A stretch of DNA of 64,000 bases from Dehalococcoidia bacterium (GCA_965219085.1 OZ244720.1:1952001-2016000), one strand, 5' to 3'; positions 51,086-63,453 are shown, counted from the first letter of the stretch. Numbers and translations are program-made. Notes: generated from the sequence alone by a model not told the origin.

Positions 51086-53140
51086 ATGTTGACCTGGCCC
51101 CACCTGGCGGACCTGCGATTGGTGGCGATGCTCGTCGCCGCCGTCGCGCTCTTCGCGGTCGCATGCGGCGGCGACGACGACGACACCACGCCGGCTCCGA
51201 TCAGGTGATCGTGCTGGTGAAAGACAACTCCACCGGCAACGACCAGATCATCGCCACCGCGGACATCCAGTCGATCGAGGATCTCGGCGGCACGACGATC
51301 GGCGTTGAGGTCGGCGTTGTCGACCACTTCCTCCTGCTGCTCGGCCTCGAGTCCGTCGGGCTCACCGCCGCCGACGTCAACATCGTCAACCTCGAGACCG
51401 GCGCGGGGGTGCCGCATTCGCGTCGGGCCAGCTCGACGCGGTCGGCGTCTTCGCACCGTTTACGGTGCAGGCGCTGATCCGCGAGGGTTCGCACACGCTC
51501 TTCACGTCCGCCCTGTTCCCCGGCGCGATTCCCGACCAACTCGTGCTCTCGCGCGAGATCGTCGACTCGCGACCGGAGGACGTGCAGAAGATCATCGAGG
51601 CCTGGTTCAAGACCCTCGAATGCATCGAGGCGAATCCGGCGGACGCGGTCGCCATCATGGCCAGGCGCGCGGGCGTCACGGCCGAGGAATACGCAGAGTA
51701 CGACTGACCTGACCCCTTGAAACGGGACCACCGTTGATGAGAGTCCTTTGGCCCATGAAAGTGGGTGGAGGAGGACATCACGGTGAAACGACGCAGGCAC
51801 ACGCCTGAGCAGATCGTGCGCAAGCTGCGCGAGGTGGAGCGGCTGCTCGGCGAAGGGCAGACGATCGCCGAGGCGGCGAAGCGGGTCGAGGTCTCGGAGC
51901 AGACCTACCACCGCTGGCGCAACCAGTACGGCGGGATGAAGGCCGACGACGCCAAACGGCTGCGCGAGCTGGAGCGCGAGAACGTCCGGCTGAAGCGGAT
52001 CGTCGCCGACAAGGAACTCGAGATCGACGCGCTCAAGGAGATCGCCCGGGGAAACTGGTAAGCCCGTCGCGCCGGCGCGAGGCAGTCTGCATGTTGCAGG
52101 ACCGCCTCGAGTTGTCGGAACGGCGGGCATGCCGGGTCACCGGCCAGCACCGCTCCACACAGCGCCGCCTCCCGGTGCGCGGCCGCGGCGACGACGCGCT
52201 GCGCGCGGAACTCCACGCCTTCTCGCGTGGCCACCCCCGCTGGGGGTACCGCCGGGCCTGGGCGACCTTACGCGAGGAGGGCTGGGGCGTGAATCGCAAG
52301 CGGGTGCAACGGCTCTGGCGTGAGGAAGGGCTGCGCGTCCCGGTGAAACGGCGCAAGCGTCAGCGCCTGGGGGACTCGGCGGTGCCCGCCGCCAGGCTGC
52401 GCGCTGAGCGGCCGAACCACGTCTGGGCGCTGGACTTCCAGTTCGACCAGACCGCGGACGGGCGGGTCCTGAAGCTGCTCAACATCGTCGACGAGCACAC
52501 ACGGGAGGCGCTGGCGATCGTGGCCGCCAGGCGCATCAACGCCGACGCCACGGCCTCAACGCTCGACGGGATCGTCGCCCGGCGCGGGACGGCGCCTGGG
52601 TACATCCGTTGCGACAATGGGCCCGAGCTCACGGCCAACGCGCTGCGCGACTGGTGCCGGTTCAGCGGTACGGGCAGCAGCTACATCGAGCCCGGTGCGC
52701 CGTGGGAGAACCCGTACGTCGAGTCGTTCAACGGCCGGTTGCGCGACGAGTTCCTGGCGGTCGAGCAGTTCGACAGCCTGCTCGAGGCGCAGGTGCTGCT
52801 CGAGGACTGGCGGATCGAGTACAACACGAAGCGCCCGCATAGCAGCCTGGGCTGGCTCGCCCCGGCTGCCTACGCCGAGCGCTGGGAGACTCAGCTACAC
52901 GCTGGACTCTCATAAGCGGTGGACTCGCGAAGGGGGTCCGGTCACGACGCCGGCGCCACGATCTTCACGGCTGCGCAGAACCTCACGGCGTTCGAGGCCG
53001 GCGACGACTTCACGAGCCTGCAGTTCGTGGCCGACCAGATCGTCCCGTTCCTGATCGATGCCGAGTTCATCGAGGCGGAGCCGGATCTGTCGGGGCTCTT
53101 CGATCCGTCGTTCGTCGAGACCTACGTGTCGGCGAACTAA
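51086..53140 (+). pseudogene. NitT/TauT-type ABC substrate-binding lipoprotein, internally deleted, frameshifted and interrupted by IS3
   Basis: Lipobox AVAC; DNSTGNDQII, GVEVGVVDHFLL; ..EEYAEYD | AGATIF.. rejoins across the IS. Confidence 0.8.
51705..52944 (+). mobile_element. IS3-family element, 4-bp TSD cgac; orfA 51783-52061, orfB to 52915
   Basis: TG..CA ends; cgac at 51701-51704 and 52945-52948; WALDF, DNGPE, ESFNGRLRDE; GGGGAAAC at the orfA/orfB junction. Confidence 0.95.
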
Positions 53141-53164
53141 CGGGTCTCGCAGGAAGTGGCTAAA

Positions 53165-54791
53165 CCCGAATACACCGATCGAGGCTTGAGGGGGCGGGAT
53201 GCCGGTATGCCGGAGAGTTCGGCAGGTGTGTCGGTGTTCGCCGGGCGGTGCCGGAGCGAGCAGGCGCAGCTCGGGGGCGCTGAGGGCGCGGGCGCAAGGC
53301 GTGCGCGGGCATGCTGGCGCGAGCCTCGGAGGGGGGCCGGCGCTGTGAGCGGTCGTCAGGCCGGGAGCGGTAACGCCCGTAGTCGCGCGAGCGCGGCTGC
53401 CAGCTGCCCGGCCCAGGGCCAGCGCCTGGGGAGGTGCAGGGTCCAGCGCCGGGCCGAGTGGGTGAGCCGTCCGGCGAGGGCGAAATAGCGCCGCCTGAGC
53501 GTCCTGGTGGTGACGATTCCCTCGCCGAGCCCGAGCCGTGCCGTCCAGCGGGCGAGGTTGTGCGCGATCACCTGCACCGCGAGCCATGCCGCGTTCGCGG
53601 CGAAGCGGCCCGAGGGGAGATGGTTGAGCCCGACGCCGTACTTGAGATCGCGGATCGCGTTCTCGATCTCGGCGTGGCGACGATGGTCGGTCTCGAGCTC
53701 CATCATCTCCCCCGAGCGGTCGGTGATGAAGGCGTGGTAGCTGTACGTCGCGAAGAGCGCCAGCTGTGAGCCGGGCGCCGGCTTCACGCGCCGCACGATG
53801 AGCCGCACCGCGCTGGCGTCCCTCGTGTGCCGGAACGGGGTGTAGGTCGTCTCGGCGACATCGGCGCCGCCCGGCAGCCAGTACGGGATCGGCGTCCAGT
53901 CCTCTTGCGGTATCGCCTCGATCAGCCTACGCACGCTCGGCTGCTGGCGGATCGTGACCGAGAAGCGGACATCCTGCTTGCGGCAGACGGCGACGACCGC
54001 GTGGTTGTAGAAGCCGCTGTCGGCGCGCACCGTGAGCTGCCCGCTCGCCCCGGCGTCGCGGACCCGCGCCACCGTCTCACGCAGGAAGTGTGCGGCGCCG
54101 CGGGCGGTGTTGGCGCGGCCCTCGCGCAGCCGCGCCATCAGCACGTCACCCGTCCCGGCCGCAACGGCGAGCAGCGGGTGGTAGCCGCGCGCGCCCGTGT
54201 AGCCGTGGTGCCGGGCGCCCTCCTTCGCCAAGCCGTAGGTCTCGCAGATCGTCGAGTCGAGGTCGATCGTGAACGGCGCGTCGCCGGGTCCCGCCCCGGC
54301 CGCCCAGCCGCGAGCGAGCAACTCGCGGCTGACGCGGTCGAGCTGGCGGACGTGGCCCCAGCGGAAGCTGCGCAGGAACGTGCCCAGGGTGGACGGCGCC
54401 TTGACCGTGCAAGCCAGCACGCTCGCCGTCCCGCCGGCGCGCAACGCATCGGCGTCGTCGATGCAGTCACCGCCCGCGAGCGCCGAGGCGATGAGGGTCA
54501 GCAGCTTGTCGCCGGCGTTCGCCCGGCCCGGCGCGTCACCGAGGTCGACGCAGCTGTCGGCGAGCTCTTGCAGACCGAGATGCTGGGCGAGCGTGGCCGG
54601 GAGCAGCAGGCCCGCGTGGTCCACGAGGCGGTCGTCATCGAAGGCGATGTCTATCCGGTCGGGGTCGCTCGTTGGTAGCATCGAATGGGTGCTCCCTGTG
54701 GCTGTGACGTGATTCGGCAAAACCCATTGTCCCAGCTACAGCGGAGCACCCAACCGCAGCCCCTAGCGCGCTCTTCTTCGGTGGATCAGGG
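53165..54791 (-). mobile_element. IS1380-family element, 5-bp TSD ctaaa; transposase 53356-54681
   Basis: TIRs cccgaatacaccga / tcggtggatcaggg; IDLDST, VRADSGF, EIENAIRDLK. Confidence 0.92.
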
Positions 54792-54906
54792 CTAAAGCAG
54801 GCAAGGGGGCGGCCATGCGCGACAGCACCGGCGCGCCCCAGGCGGAGTTGCCGCCCGTCGCCTGTGGACCACGCCGCCACGGGCCGGCACGCCCGGCGGC
54901 CGGCTC

Positions 54907-55695
54907 ATGGTCGGCCGCCGGCCGAGCTGGTTCTGGCGCATCCGCGAGGACATCTCGCCCACGCTCCGGATCGCGCTCGCATCGGCCTCGGTGACGGCGC
55001 CGCTGGCGGTCTGGATCATCCTCGTCGCGAACCACGCGGTGAACCCGATCTTCCTGCCGAATCCGCTCGACGTGCTGGGCTCGCTGCGAGACCTGTTTAC
55101 CGAGGGGCTGCCGCTCTCGGACGCTCGAGCCAGCCTCCAGCGCGTCGCGATCGGCTTCGGGATCTCGCTGCCACTCGGCCTCGCGATGGGGACGTTCAAG
55201 AGCATGGAGGCGCTGTTCGAGCCGGTGATCGGCCTGTTGCGCTACATGCCCGCGCCGGCATTCGTGCCGCTGCTCATCATCTGGTTCGGCTTCGCCGAGA
55301 CGCCGAAGGTCGCGCTGATCCTCATCGGCACGATGTTCTTCAACACCCTGATGATCGCGAACGTCGTCTGGCAGGTACCGACCGATCTGATCCGGGTGGC
55401 GCTGACGCTGGGCGCGAGCAACGTGGCGGTCTTCACGAAGGTGATCTTCCCGCACAGCGTGCCCGGTGCGATCGATGCGGCGCGTGTGAACCTCGCCGCG
55501 GCGTGGAACCTGATCGTCGTGGCCGAGCTCTTCGCCGCCGACGAAGGCCTCGGTTACCGCATCGTCCGCTCCCAGAAGTTCCTGCACATCGACACCATCT
55601 TCGCGGTGCTGATCGTGATCGGGATTCTCGGCCTCACCAGCGATCTGCTGCTTCGCACCGCGCGCAACCGCCTCGCGCCGTGGTCACAGGAGTAG
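54907..55695 (+). CDS. NitT/TauT ABC permease
   Basis: SLQRVAIGF, LRYMPAPAFVPL, WNLIVVAE; start uncertain. Confidence 0.9.
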   Translation: MVGRRPSWFWRIREDISPTLRIALASASVTAPLAVWIILVANHAVNPIFLPNPLDVLGSLRDLFTEGLPLSDARASLQRVAIGFGISLPLGLAMGTFKSMEALFEPVIGLLRYMPAPAFVPLLIIWFGFAETPKVALILIGTMFFNTLMIANVVWQVPTDLIRVALTLGASNVAVFTKVIFPHSVPGAIDAARVNLAAAWNLIVVAELFAADEGLGYRIVRSQKFLHIDTIFAVLIVIGILGLTSDLLLRTARNRLAPWSQE

Positions 55696-55701
55696 ACGGC
55701 C

Positions 55702-56484
55702 ATGGTCGCTCGGCACACAGCGTTGCAGACCCGAGGGCTCACCAAGCCGTTCCCCGGCCGCGGCGGCGAATCGACCGTCGCGCTCGAGGACATCGACCTC
55801 CACGTGGAACGGGGCGAGTTCGTATGCCTCGACGGCGCCTCCGGCTGCGGCAAGTCCACGCTGCTGAATATCATCGCCGGTCTGATTGAGCCCTCCGAGG
55901 GCGAGGCGCTGCTCGATGGCCTGCCGATTGGCGGACCCAGCCCGAACCGCGGGCTGGTCTCGCAGGGCTACTCGCTGCTTCCCTGGCGGACCGTCGCCAA
56001 GAACGTCGCGTTCGGCCTCGAGCTCTCGGGCTGGAGCAAGGCGGAGCGAGCGGAGCGCGTCGACTACCTCCTTGGGGTCATGCAACTCACGAAATGGGCC
56101 GACTCCCGGCCCAGCGCGCTCTCGGGCGGGATGCGGCAGCGTGTCGCCATCGCGCGTTCGCTCGCCCCCCAACCCGAGGTGCTGCTGCTGGACGAGCCGT
56201 TCGGCGCGCTGGACGCGCACACGCGGATGCTGATGCAGGAGTTCCTGCCGGACATCTGGCGCGAGACCGGCACCACCGTGCTGATGGTCACGCACGATGT
56301 CGAAGAGGCATTGTTCCTCGCGCAGCGGATCTACGTGCTGTCCTCGCACCCCGGTCGCGTGAAGCGCGAGATCGTGCTGCCCTTCGGCGATAACCGTTCG
56401 CAGCAGTTGCGACGGCAAGAGGACTTCCTGGACCTGCGCGACGAGGTGCATGCGTTGCTCTTCGCCGAGGTCTCCGAGGTCTAG
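55702..56484 (+). CDS. NitT/TauT ABC ATP-binding subunit
   Basis: GASGCGKST, LSGGMRQR, LLLDEPFGALD. Confidence 0.93.
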   Translation: MVARHTALQTRGLTKPFPGRGGESTVALEDIDLHVERGEFVCLDGASGCGKSTLLNIIAGLIEPSEGEALLDGLPIGGPSPNRGLVSQGYSLLPWRTVAKNVAFGLELSGWSKAERAERVDYLLGVMQLTKWADSRPSALSGGMRQRVAIARSLAPQPEVLLLDEPFGALDAHTRMLMQEFLPDIWRETGTTVLMVTHDVEEALFLAQRIYVLSSHPGRVKREIVLPFGDNRSQQLRRQEDFLDLRDEVHALLFAEVSEV

Positions 56485-56566
56485 GCGTCATGCCCGGTAT
56501 CGAACCCCGCTGAAAGGACCCTCGTGACCCAGCCGCCGTTCCCACTCGCACGAATACCGCGGTGAA

Positions 56567-57679
56567 GTGCCGCTCCACGACCATTACGGCCCCGAGGCGC
56601 GCTACGCTGCCGAGGCCGAGGCGCTGATTCCGCAGACCGCCTGCGAGCGCGAGATCGCGTGCGGCCTCGAGCTCGGCCCGCAGGGCGCCGGCTCGATCGT
56701 CGATCGGTCGATCCCGACGTTCAGCCGCGGCGAGCTGCCCCACTTCGCGGGTATCAACACCTTCCTCAAGGCCCCCTACCGCGAGGATGTGCGCGAGTGC
56801 CGCGCGTACGACGTATCGATCCTCGGCGCCCCGTACGACGGCGGCGCCACGTACCGCCCGGGCACGCGTTTCGGCCCCCAGGGTATCCGCAAGATCTCCG
56901 CGCTCTACGGTCCGTACTCGTTCGAACTCGGCGTCGACCTGCGCGAGTCGATCACGATCTGCGACGTCGGCGACATCTTCACCATCCCGGCGAACATCGA
57001 GAAGACGTTCGACCAGATCAGCAAGGCCGTCGGTCACGTCTACGCGAGCGGCTCCTTCCCGATCGTGCCCGGCGGCGATCACTCGATCGGCTACCCGACG
57101 GTGCGCGCCGTCGCGGAGCACCTCGACGGCGGCAACCTCGGGATCATCCACTTCGACCGCCACGTTGACACGCAGGAGACCGACCTCGACGAGCGGATGC
57201 ACACCACACCCTGGTTCCAGGCGACGGACATCCCGAACGTGCCGGCGAAGAACCTCGTCCAGATCGGCATCGGCGGCTGGCAGGCGCCGCGCCCCGGCGT
57301 GAAGGTCGGCCGCGAGCGCGGCACGACGATCATGACCGTCACCGACTGCGTCGAGATGGGCATCGAGGACGCCGCCGCGCGCGCCCTTGAGGTGGCATGG
57401 GACGGCGCCGACGCCGTCTGGCTCTCCTTCGATGTCGACTGCCTGGACGCGGCCTTCGTGCCCGGCACGGGCTGGCCCGAGCCGGGAGGCTTCCTGCCTC
57501 GCGAGGTGCTGAAGTTCATCCAGCTGATCTCGGAGCGCCCGCTCGCCGGGATGGAGGTTGTGGAGTGCTCGCCCCCCTACGACACCGCCGAGATCACCGC
57601 ACTGATCGCCACGCGCGTGATCTGCGACACGCTGGGCCGCCAGGTGCGCGCGGGGCACCTGCCGCGGCGGGGGGCGTAG
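56567..57679 (+). CDS. gdmH: Guanidine hydrolase (GdmH-like, ureohydrolase superfamily)
   Basis: [62 protein letters not shown] match my recollection of Synechocystis Sll1077/GdmH. Confidence 0.8.
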   Translation: MPLHDHYGPEARYAAEAEALIPQTACEREIACGLELGPQGAGSIVDRSIPTFSRGELPHFAGINTFLKAPYREDVRECRAYDVSILGAPYDGGATYRPGTRFGPQGIRKISALYGPYSFELGVDLRESITICDVGDIFTIPANIEKTFDQISKAVGHVYASGSFPIVPGGDHSIGYPTVRAVAEHLDGGNLGIIHFDRHVDTQETDLDERMHTTPWFQATDIPNVPAKNLVQIGIGGWQAPRPGVKVGRERGTTIMTVTDCVEMGIEDAAARALEVAWDGADAVWLSFDVDCLDAAFVPGTGWPEPGGFLPREVLKFIQLISERPLAGMEVVECSPPYDTAEITALIATRVICDTLGRQVRAGHLPRRGA

Positions 57680-57683
57680 CGCC

Positions 57684-57984
57684 ATGCGACTGACACCTCG
57701 CGAGCAGGATGCGCTGATGATCTACGTCGCCGCCGACCTCGCCCGGAAGCGGCGCGCGCGGCCTGCGCCTCAACTACCCCGAGTCCGTGGCGCTGATCAG
57801 CGAGGCCATGATGGAGGCCGCACGCGACGGCACGGCGGTCACCGAGGCCGCCGTGCGGGGCGCCCAGGTGCTCGGCATCGAGGACGTGATGGAAGGCATC
57901 CCCGAGATGGTCACCCTCGTACAGGTGGAGGCGACGTTCCCGGACGGAACGAAGCTCGTCTCCTGCCACGATCCGATCCGCTGA
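57684..57984 (+). CDS. ureA: Urease gamma subunit (frameshift near 57760)
   Basis: [25 protein letters not shown]. Confidence 0.9.
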
Positions 57985-58364
57985 TGGCGGACCACGCACG
58001 CTACCTCGTCGAGGACGGCGACCTCGAGATCAACGCCGGACGCCCGACGGTCACGCTGGCGGTCGCGAACTCCGGCGACCGCCCGATCCAGGTGGGATCG
58101 CACGCGCACTTCTTCGAGGTGAACCGCGCACTCCGCCTCGACCGCGCCGCCGCATTCGGGATGCGACTCGACATTCCCGCCGGCACGGCGGTTCGGTTCG
58201 AGCCGGGTCAGCAGCAGACCGTCACGCTCGTCGCCTTCGGCGGCGCACGACGGGCGCACGGCATGAACGCGCTTGTCGAAGGCTCCACCGACAGCGCCGA
58301 CGTGCGCGCCGCCGCGCTCGCCCGCCTCGAGGAGCGCGGATTCAGCTCGGAGGCCCCGCGATGA
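57984..58364 (+). CDS. ureB: Urease beta subunit
   Basis: [34 protein letters not shown]. Confidence 0.95.
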   Translation: MADHARYLVEDGDLEINAGRPTVTLAVANSGDRPIQVGSHAHFFEVNRALRLDRAAAFGMRLDIPAGTAVRFEPGQQQTVTLVAFGGARRAHGMNALVEGSTDSADVRAAALARLEERGFSSEAPR

Positions 58365-60075
58365 GCCGCATCTCCCGCGAGCGCTACGCCGCGCTCTACG
58401 GCCCCACGACCGGCGACCGCTTCCGCCCCGCCGACACGCAGCTGATCTGGCGCGTCGAGCATGACCACGCCGTACTCGGCGAGGAGGCCGTGTTCGGCGG
58501 GGGCAAGACGATCCGCGATGGCATGGCGCAGGCGCCACGCATGACCGCCGCGGGCGGCAGTCCCGACCTCGTGATCACGAGTGCGCTGATCCTCGATCCC
58601 GTGCTCGGCGTGATCAAGGGCGACATCGTCGTCAAGGATGGGCGGATCGCGGCCATCGGCAAGGCCGGAAAACCCCGACATCATGGACGGCGTCGACCCC
58701 GCGCTCGTGATCGGGCCGGGTACCGAGGTCATCGCCGGCGAGCACATGATCGCGACGCCCGGCGGCGTCGACAGCCACATCCACATGATCGCGCCGCAGC
58801 AGGCGTGGGCCGCCCTCTCGAACGGCATCACGACGATGCTCGGCGGCGCCGCCGGCCCCGCCGACGGCACGCGCGCCACCACCACCACGCCCGGCCCGTG
58901 GAACATCGCGCGCATGCTCGAGGCCGCCGAGACCATGCCCGTGAACTGGGGCCTCTTCGCGAAGGCGAACGCCTCGGACGTGGCGGCGATCGCCGAGCAG
59001 GTCGCGGCCTGCGCGCTCAAGGTCCACGAGGACTGGGGCTCGTCCCCCGCCGTGATCGACGCCGCGCTCCGCGCCGCGGATGAGTACGACGTGCAGCTGG
59101 CGATCCACACCGACACCCTCAACGAGAGGGGCTTCGTCGAGGACACCATCGCCGCGATCGCGGGCCGCACGATCCACACGTTCCACACCGAGGGCGCGGG
59201 CGGCGGTCACGCTCCGGACATCCTCCGCCTCGCCGGCGAGCCGAACGTGCTCCCTTTGAGCACCAACCCGACTCGCCCCTACACGGTGAACACGCTGGCC
59301 GAGCACATGGACATGCTCATGGTCTGCCATCACCTCAACCCGCAGGTCCCCGAGGACGTCGCCTTCGCCGACAGCCGCATCCGCCCCGAGACGATGGCCG
59401 CCGAGGATGTCGTCCACGACGTGGGCGTACTGAGCATGTACTCGTCGGACTCGCAGGCGATGGGCCGCGCCGGCGAGAACTTCACGCGCCTGATCCAGAC
59501 CGCCGACAAGATGAAGCAGGTGCGCGGCCCGCTGCCCGAGGACGCCGCGGGCGACGACAACGCCCGCGTCCTCCGCTACATCGCCAAGCTCACCATCAAC
59601 CCCGCCCGCACCCACGGCATCGCGCACGAGGTTGGCAGCCTCGAGACCGGCAAGCTCGCCGACATCGTGCTGTGGCCGACGCAGTTCTTCGGTGCGAAGC
59701 CCGCGCTCGTCGTCAAGGGCGGCATGATCGCGTGGTTCGTGATGGGCGAGCCGAACGCCTCGATCCCGACGGTCGAGCCGGTCATCTACCGCCCGATGTT
59801 CGGCGCACACCCCTCCGTGATCCCGGCGACCAGCGTCACCTTCCTCAGCTAGGCCACGCTGGATCGCGGCGTGGCCGGGGCGCTCGGCCTGCGGTGTCGC
59901 ATCGCCGTCAGCAGGAACAATCGTGCGCTCACCAAGGCCGACATGCTCCGCAATGACGCCCTCCGGGCGATCGATGTCGATCCCGAGACCTACGAGGTGC
60001 GCGACGATGGCGAGGTCGTCACCTCGCCCCCCGCAGAGACCCTCGCGCTGTCCCAGCGCTACTTCCCTGGTCTAG
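58361..60075 (+). pseudogene. ureC: Urease alpha subunit (frameshift near 58670, in-frame TAG at 59850)
   Basis: [53 protein letters not shown]. Confidence 0.92.
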
Positions 60076-60077
60076 CG

Positions 60078-60781
60078 ATGCCCGCCTCGACCCGCTCGCT
60101 GATCGCGCTGCTCCAACTCGCGGATTCCTCGTTCCCGATGGGCGCGTTCGCCCACTCCTACGGGCTGGAGCAGCTCGTCCGCGACGGCATGGTGCGGGAC
60201 GCCGCATCGCTCGAGGCCTTCGTCGACTCGATCGTCTCGCTCCAGCTCGCGCCCGCCGAGGCCCGCGCCGCCGCCTCGGCGTGCCACGCCGCCGCGCTGG
60301 GCGGCCTCGAGACTGGTGCTCGCGATCGACCACTGCCTCCACGTCACGCGCGCCCCTCGTGAGCTGCGCGACGCGGCGGTCGCCGCCGGCCGCCGGCTGC
60401 TCGAGGAGGTCGCCGCGCACGCCGCCGGCCGCCGCGGCCTTGTGCCCGCGTTCCGCGACGCCGTGCTCGAAGACCGCGCGCCCGGCGCCCACGCCGTCGC
60501 GCTCGGCGTGGCGGGCGCGGCCTTCGGCGTGCCGCCCGAGGACGTTGCCGCCGCCCCGCTCTTCAGCACGGCGAACGCGCTCGTGCAGGCGGCGATGCGC
60601 CTGCTCCCGATCTCGCACCGCGACGCGCAGTCCGTGCTGCACCGCGTTCGCGACGCGATCGCCGACGCCGCGCGCGCGGCCGCCGCGGACGGAACCGCTC
60701 GCGTTCACATCGTTCCACCCACTCCGGGAGATCGCGTCGATGCGCCACGCGAGCGCACCGGTCCGCTTCTTCGCGTCGTAA
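60078..60781 (+). pseudogene. ureF: Urease accessory UreF (two frameshifts)
   Basis: LLQLADSSFPMGAFAHSYGLE..H..RFFAS. Confidence 0.85.
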
Positions 60782-60837
60782 CGCAAGCAATCGGGGCACG
60801 CAGCCGAGGCATGCAGCCGAGGCATCGAGGTCAGACC

Positions 60838-61467
60838 ATGAGCCAGCCCATCACCATCGGCGTCGGCGGCCCCGTCGGCTCCGGCACGTCGCTGCTCGTC
60901 GAGCGCATCGTCCCGCCGATGATCGAACGTGGCTTCTCGCCGGGCGTCGTGGCCAACGACGTCGTCACCGAGGAGGACGCACTGATCATCCGCCGCGGCC
61001 TCGATGGCATCCTCGACCCGGCGCGCATCGTCGGCGTCGCGACCGGCGCCTGTCCGCATCAGGCGGTGCGCGAGGACCCATCGCTCAATCTCGCCGCGAT
61101 CGAGCGTCTCGCGGAGGAGCACCCGGACATCGACCTCGTGTTCATCGAGAGCGGCGGCGACAACCTCACGCTGACCTTCAGCGCGCTGCTGGCGCGGCTC
61201 TCGATCTACGTGATGGATGTCGCCGGCGGCGACAAGACCCCTCGCAAGCGGGGGGCGGGCATGATCCAGTCGGACCTGCTGGTCATCAACAAGACCGATC
61301 TCGCGCCATACGTCGGGGTCGACGTCATGGAGCGCGACGCCGCGACGTACCGCAGCGGCCCGCTGCTGTTCACCGACTGCCGCCACGGCAGCGGTCTCGT
61401 CGAGGTCGCCGACTGGCTTGCCACTTCGATCAGCGCGCTCGCCGCTCCGGCTGCCGCCCCGGCGTGA
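60838..61467 (+). CDS. ureG: Urease accessory GTPase UreG (P-loop Lys absent)
   Basis: GVGGPVGSGTS, TGACPH, IESGGDNL, INKTDLA. Confidence 0.92.
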   Translation: MSQPITIGVGGPVGSGTSLLVERIVPPMIERGFSPGVVANDVVTEEDALIIRRGLDGILDPARIVGVATGACPHQAVREDPSLNLAAIERLAEEHPDIDLVFIESGGDNLTLTFSALLARLSIYVMDVAGGDKTPRKRGAGMIQSDLLVINKTDLAPYVGVDVMERDAATYRSGPLLFTDCRHGSGLVEVADWLATSISALAAPAAAPA

Positions 61468-61477
61468 CGCGCGCCTG

Positions 61478-62271
61478 ATGCCCGTCCGCAGCCGGCTGGT
61501 CGCGCGCTTCGCTCCGTCGCCGGGTGGAGCGCCCCGCGCGGTGCGCGCCGACGTTGCGGCGACCACCCCGCTCGAGCTGCGCGGCCCCTTCCCCGCCTCG
61601 ATCCCCGGTACGCCCCGCGCTACCTCTTGCTCAACGTCACCGCCGGCATCCTCGACGGCGACGACTACGCGATCGAGGTCTGCGCGGCGCCGGGCACGCG
61701 AGTCGGCGTGGAGCCCACATTCGCCGCGAAGGTGTTCCGCTCACGCGGCGGCGGCGCGGCCTTGCGCACGCGCATCGAGGTCATGCCGGGCGCGGAGCTC
61801 CGCTACGACTCGGGCCTGCTGATCCCGCATGCGGGAGCGGTCCTCCGTCAGCAAACCGAGATCGTGCTGCACGAATCGGCGCGGGCAAGCTGGAGCGAGT
61901 CGCTGTCGTTCGGCCGCCTCTCGCACGACGAGCGGTTCCAGTTCAAGCGGATCGAGAACGAGCTGCGAGTCGTCGATCCCGCGGGGCGTGTGCGCTACGA
62001 GCGCCGCTCCGACCTCGTCCCGCAACGCGACCGTGCCGCCCTCGAATCAGCCGTCGGCTGCTTCGGCGCGGTCGGCTCGATGGTCCTGCTGGGCAGGCAG
62101 CCCGGCGAGGAGCCCGAACTCCCCGATCTCTCCGCGCTGCCCGGCGTCTACGCCGGTGCGACGACACTTCCCGACGACCTCGGCACGATCGTCCACGTGC
62201 TCGCTGAGTGGCCCGAGCAGATCGAGGCGGTATTCAGCCTCGCGCGAGCGGCGCGGTGCGCGCAGGTATGA
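61478..62271 (+). pseudogene. ureD: Urease accessory UreD (frameshift near 61600)
   Basis: LLNVTAGILDGD, KVFR, LIPHAGA, FGRLSHDERF; operon position. Confidence 0.8.
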
Positions 62272-62622
62272 GCGTCGCTGCCCCTCGAGGACCGGGTAGT
62301 GACTCCATCAGGAGACGGCGCTGCGGCCGCGGGCCGAGACTCACAACTCGGACACTGGTATCCGGCCCTCTGGAACCCTTCTGGACCCGGCCGCCATCCA
62401 ACACCGCCCTGCATGGGGTAGATGTCCCGCGGCAGCAGGTCTCCAGGCAGAGGATGACACCGGCGCGATTATCTCCCCGCCGCGCTTGCTTCCAGTTGCT
62501 ACTGATCCAGGCGGGCGGATGCTGTTCAGCGCTGGATGAGTTGCTGAGCCGATCGGCCACGCCCCAGGCGATTTCGCTACCGAGGCTCGCGGTTCCGCCT
62601 TGGGCCGTGCGAGGATCGCCGT

Positions 62623-63453
62623 ATGCCACTCGTCGGAGGCAAGGAGCTGCTCGATCGCGCCGAGCGCGGCGGCTACGCCGTAGCCGGGTTCAACGTCTCC
62701 AACATCGAGCTCGCCCTCGGCGTCATTGACGCCGCCGAGGCGCGGCGCGCGCCGATCCTGCTCCAGTTCAACCCCTCCAACATCGAGCACTTTGGGGGGA
62801 TCGAGGTCGCCGCGGCAACGGCCCGTGCCCTCGCCCGGCGCGCCGAGGCACCGATCGCGGTCCACCTCGACCACGGCCCCGACATCACGCTGCTGCGCGC
62901 GGCGGGCCACGCCGGCTTTACCTCGCTCATGTTCGACGGGTCGACCACGCCCATCGACCGCAATATCACCGACACGCGCGCTGCGGGCGCGCTCGCCATC
63001 GAGTACGGCGTGGCGCTCGAAGCCGAGCTCGGCCACGTCGGCGGCCGCGAACCCGGTGTCGTCAGCTCCGAGTCGATCCTGACCGACCCGACCGCGGCCC
63101 GCCGCTTCGTCGACGAGACACAGGTCGACTCGCTCGCGATCTCGGTCGGCACCGCGCACGGGCTCGCCGGCATCGTCGACGTGGCGCTCGTGCGCGAGCT
63201 GCGCGCGGCGACGCGCGGGTTGCCGCTCGTGCTGCACGGCGGCTCCGGCGTCGCGCCCAACGCGCTGCGCGACTGCGTGCGAGCAGGGGTGCGCAAGCTC
63301 AACGTCAGCACCGAGATCCATGCGGCCTTCGCACAGGCAGTCGCGGGCGCCGGCGGCTCCGACCCACGCCCGGCGCTGCGCGCCGCCCGCAATGCAGTGG
63401 CCGCCGCCGCGTCGCTCCGCATCGACGCGCTCGGCTCGGCGCTGCGCGGCTGA
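62623..63453 (+). CDS. Class II fructose/tagatose-bisphosphate aldolase
   Basis: GYAVAGFN, VHLDHG, SLMFDGS, EAELG, GTAHG, LVLHGGSG. Confidence 0.93.
   Translation: MPLVGGKELLDRAERGGYAVAGFNVSNIELALGVIDAAEARRAPILLQFNPSNIEHFGGIEVAAATARALARRAEAPIAVHLDHGPDITLLRAAGHAGFTSLMFDGSTTPIDRNITDTRAAGALAIEYGVALEAELGHVGGREPGVVSSESILTDPTAARRFVDETQVDSLAISVGTAHGLAGIVDVALVRELRAATRGLPLVLHGGSGVAPNALRDCVRAGVRKLNVSTEIHAAFAQAVAGAGGSDPRPALRAARNAVAAAASLRIDALGSALRG

Noticed and set aside
5816-62271. Frameshifts in istB, KAP, permease, IS256, ureA/C/F/D as programmed frameshifting
   Set aside because: They are scattered single-base indels, often in short homopolymers, so sequencing error or decay is more likely. Only the IS3 orfA/orfB shift fits a known programme.
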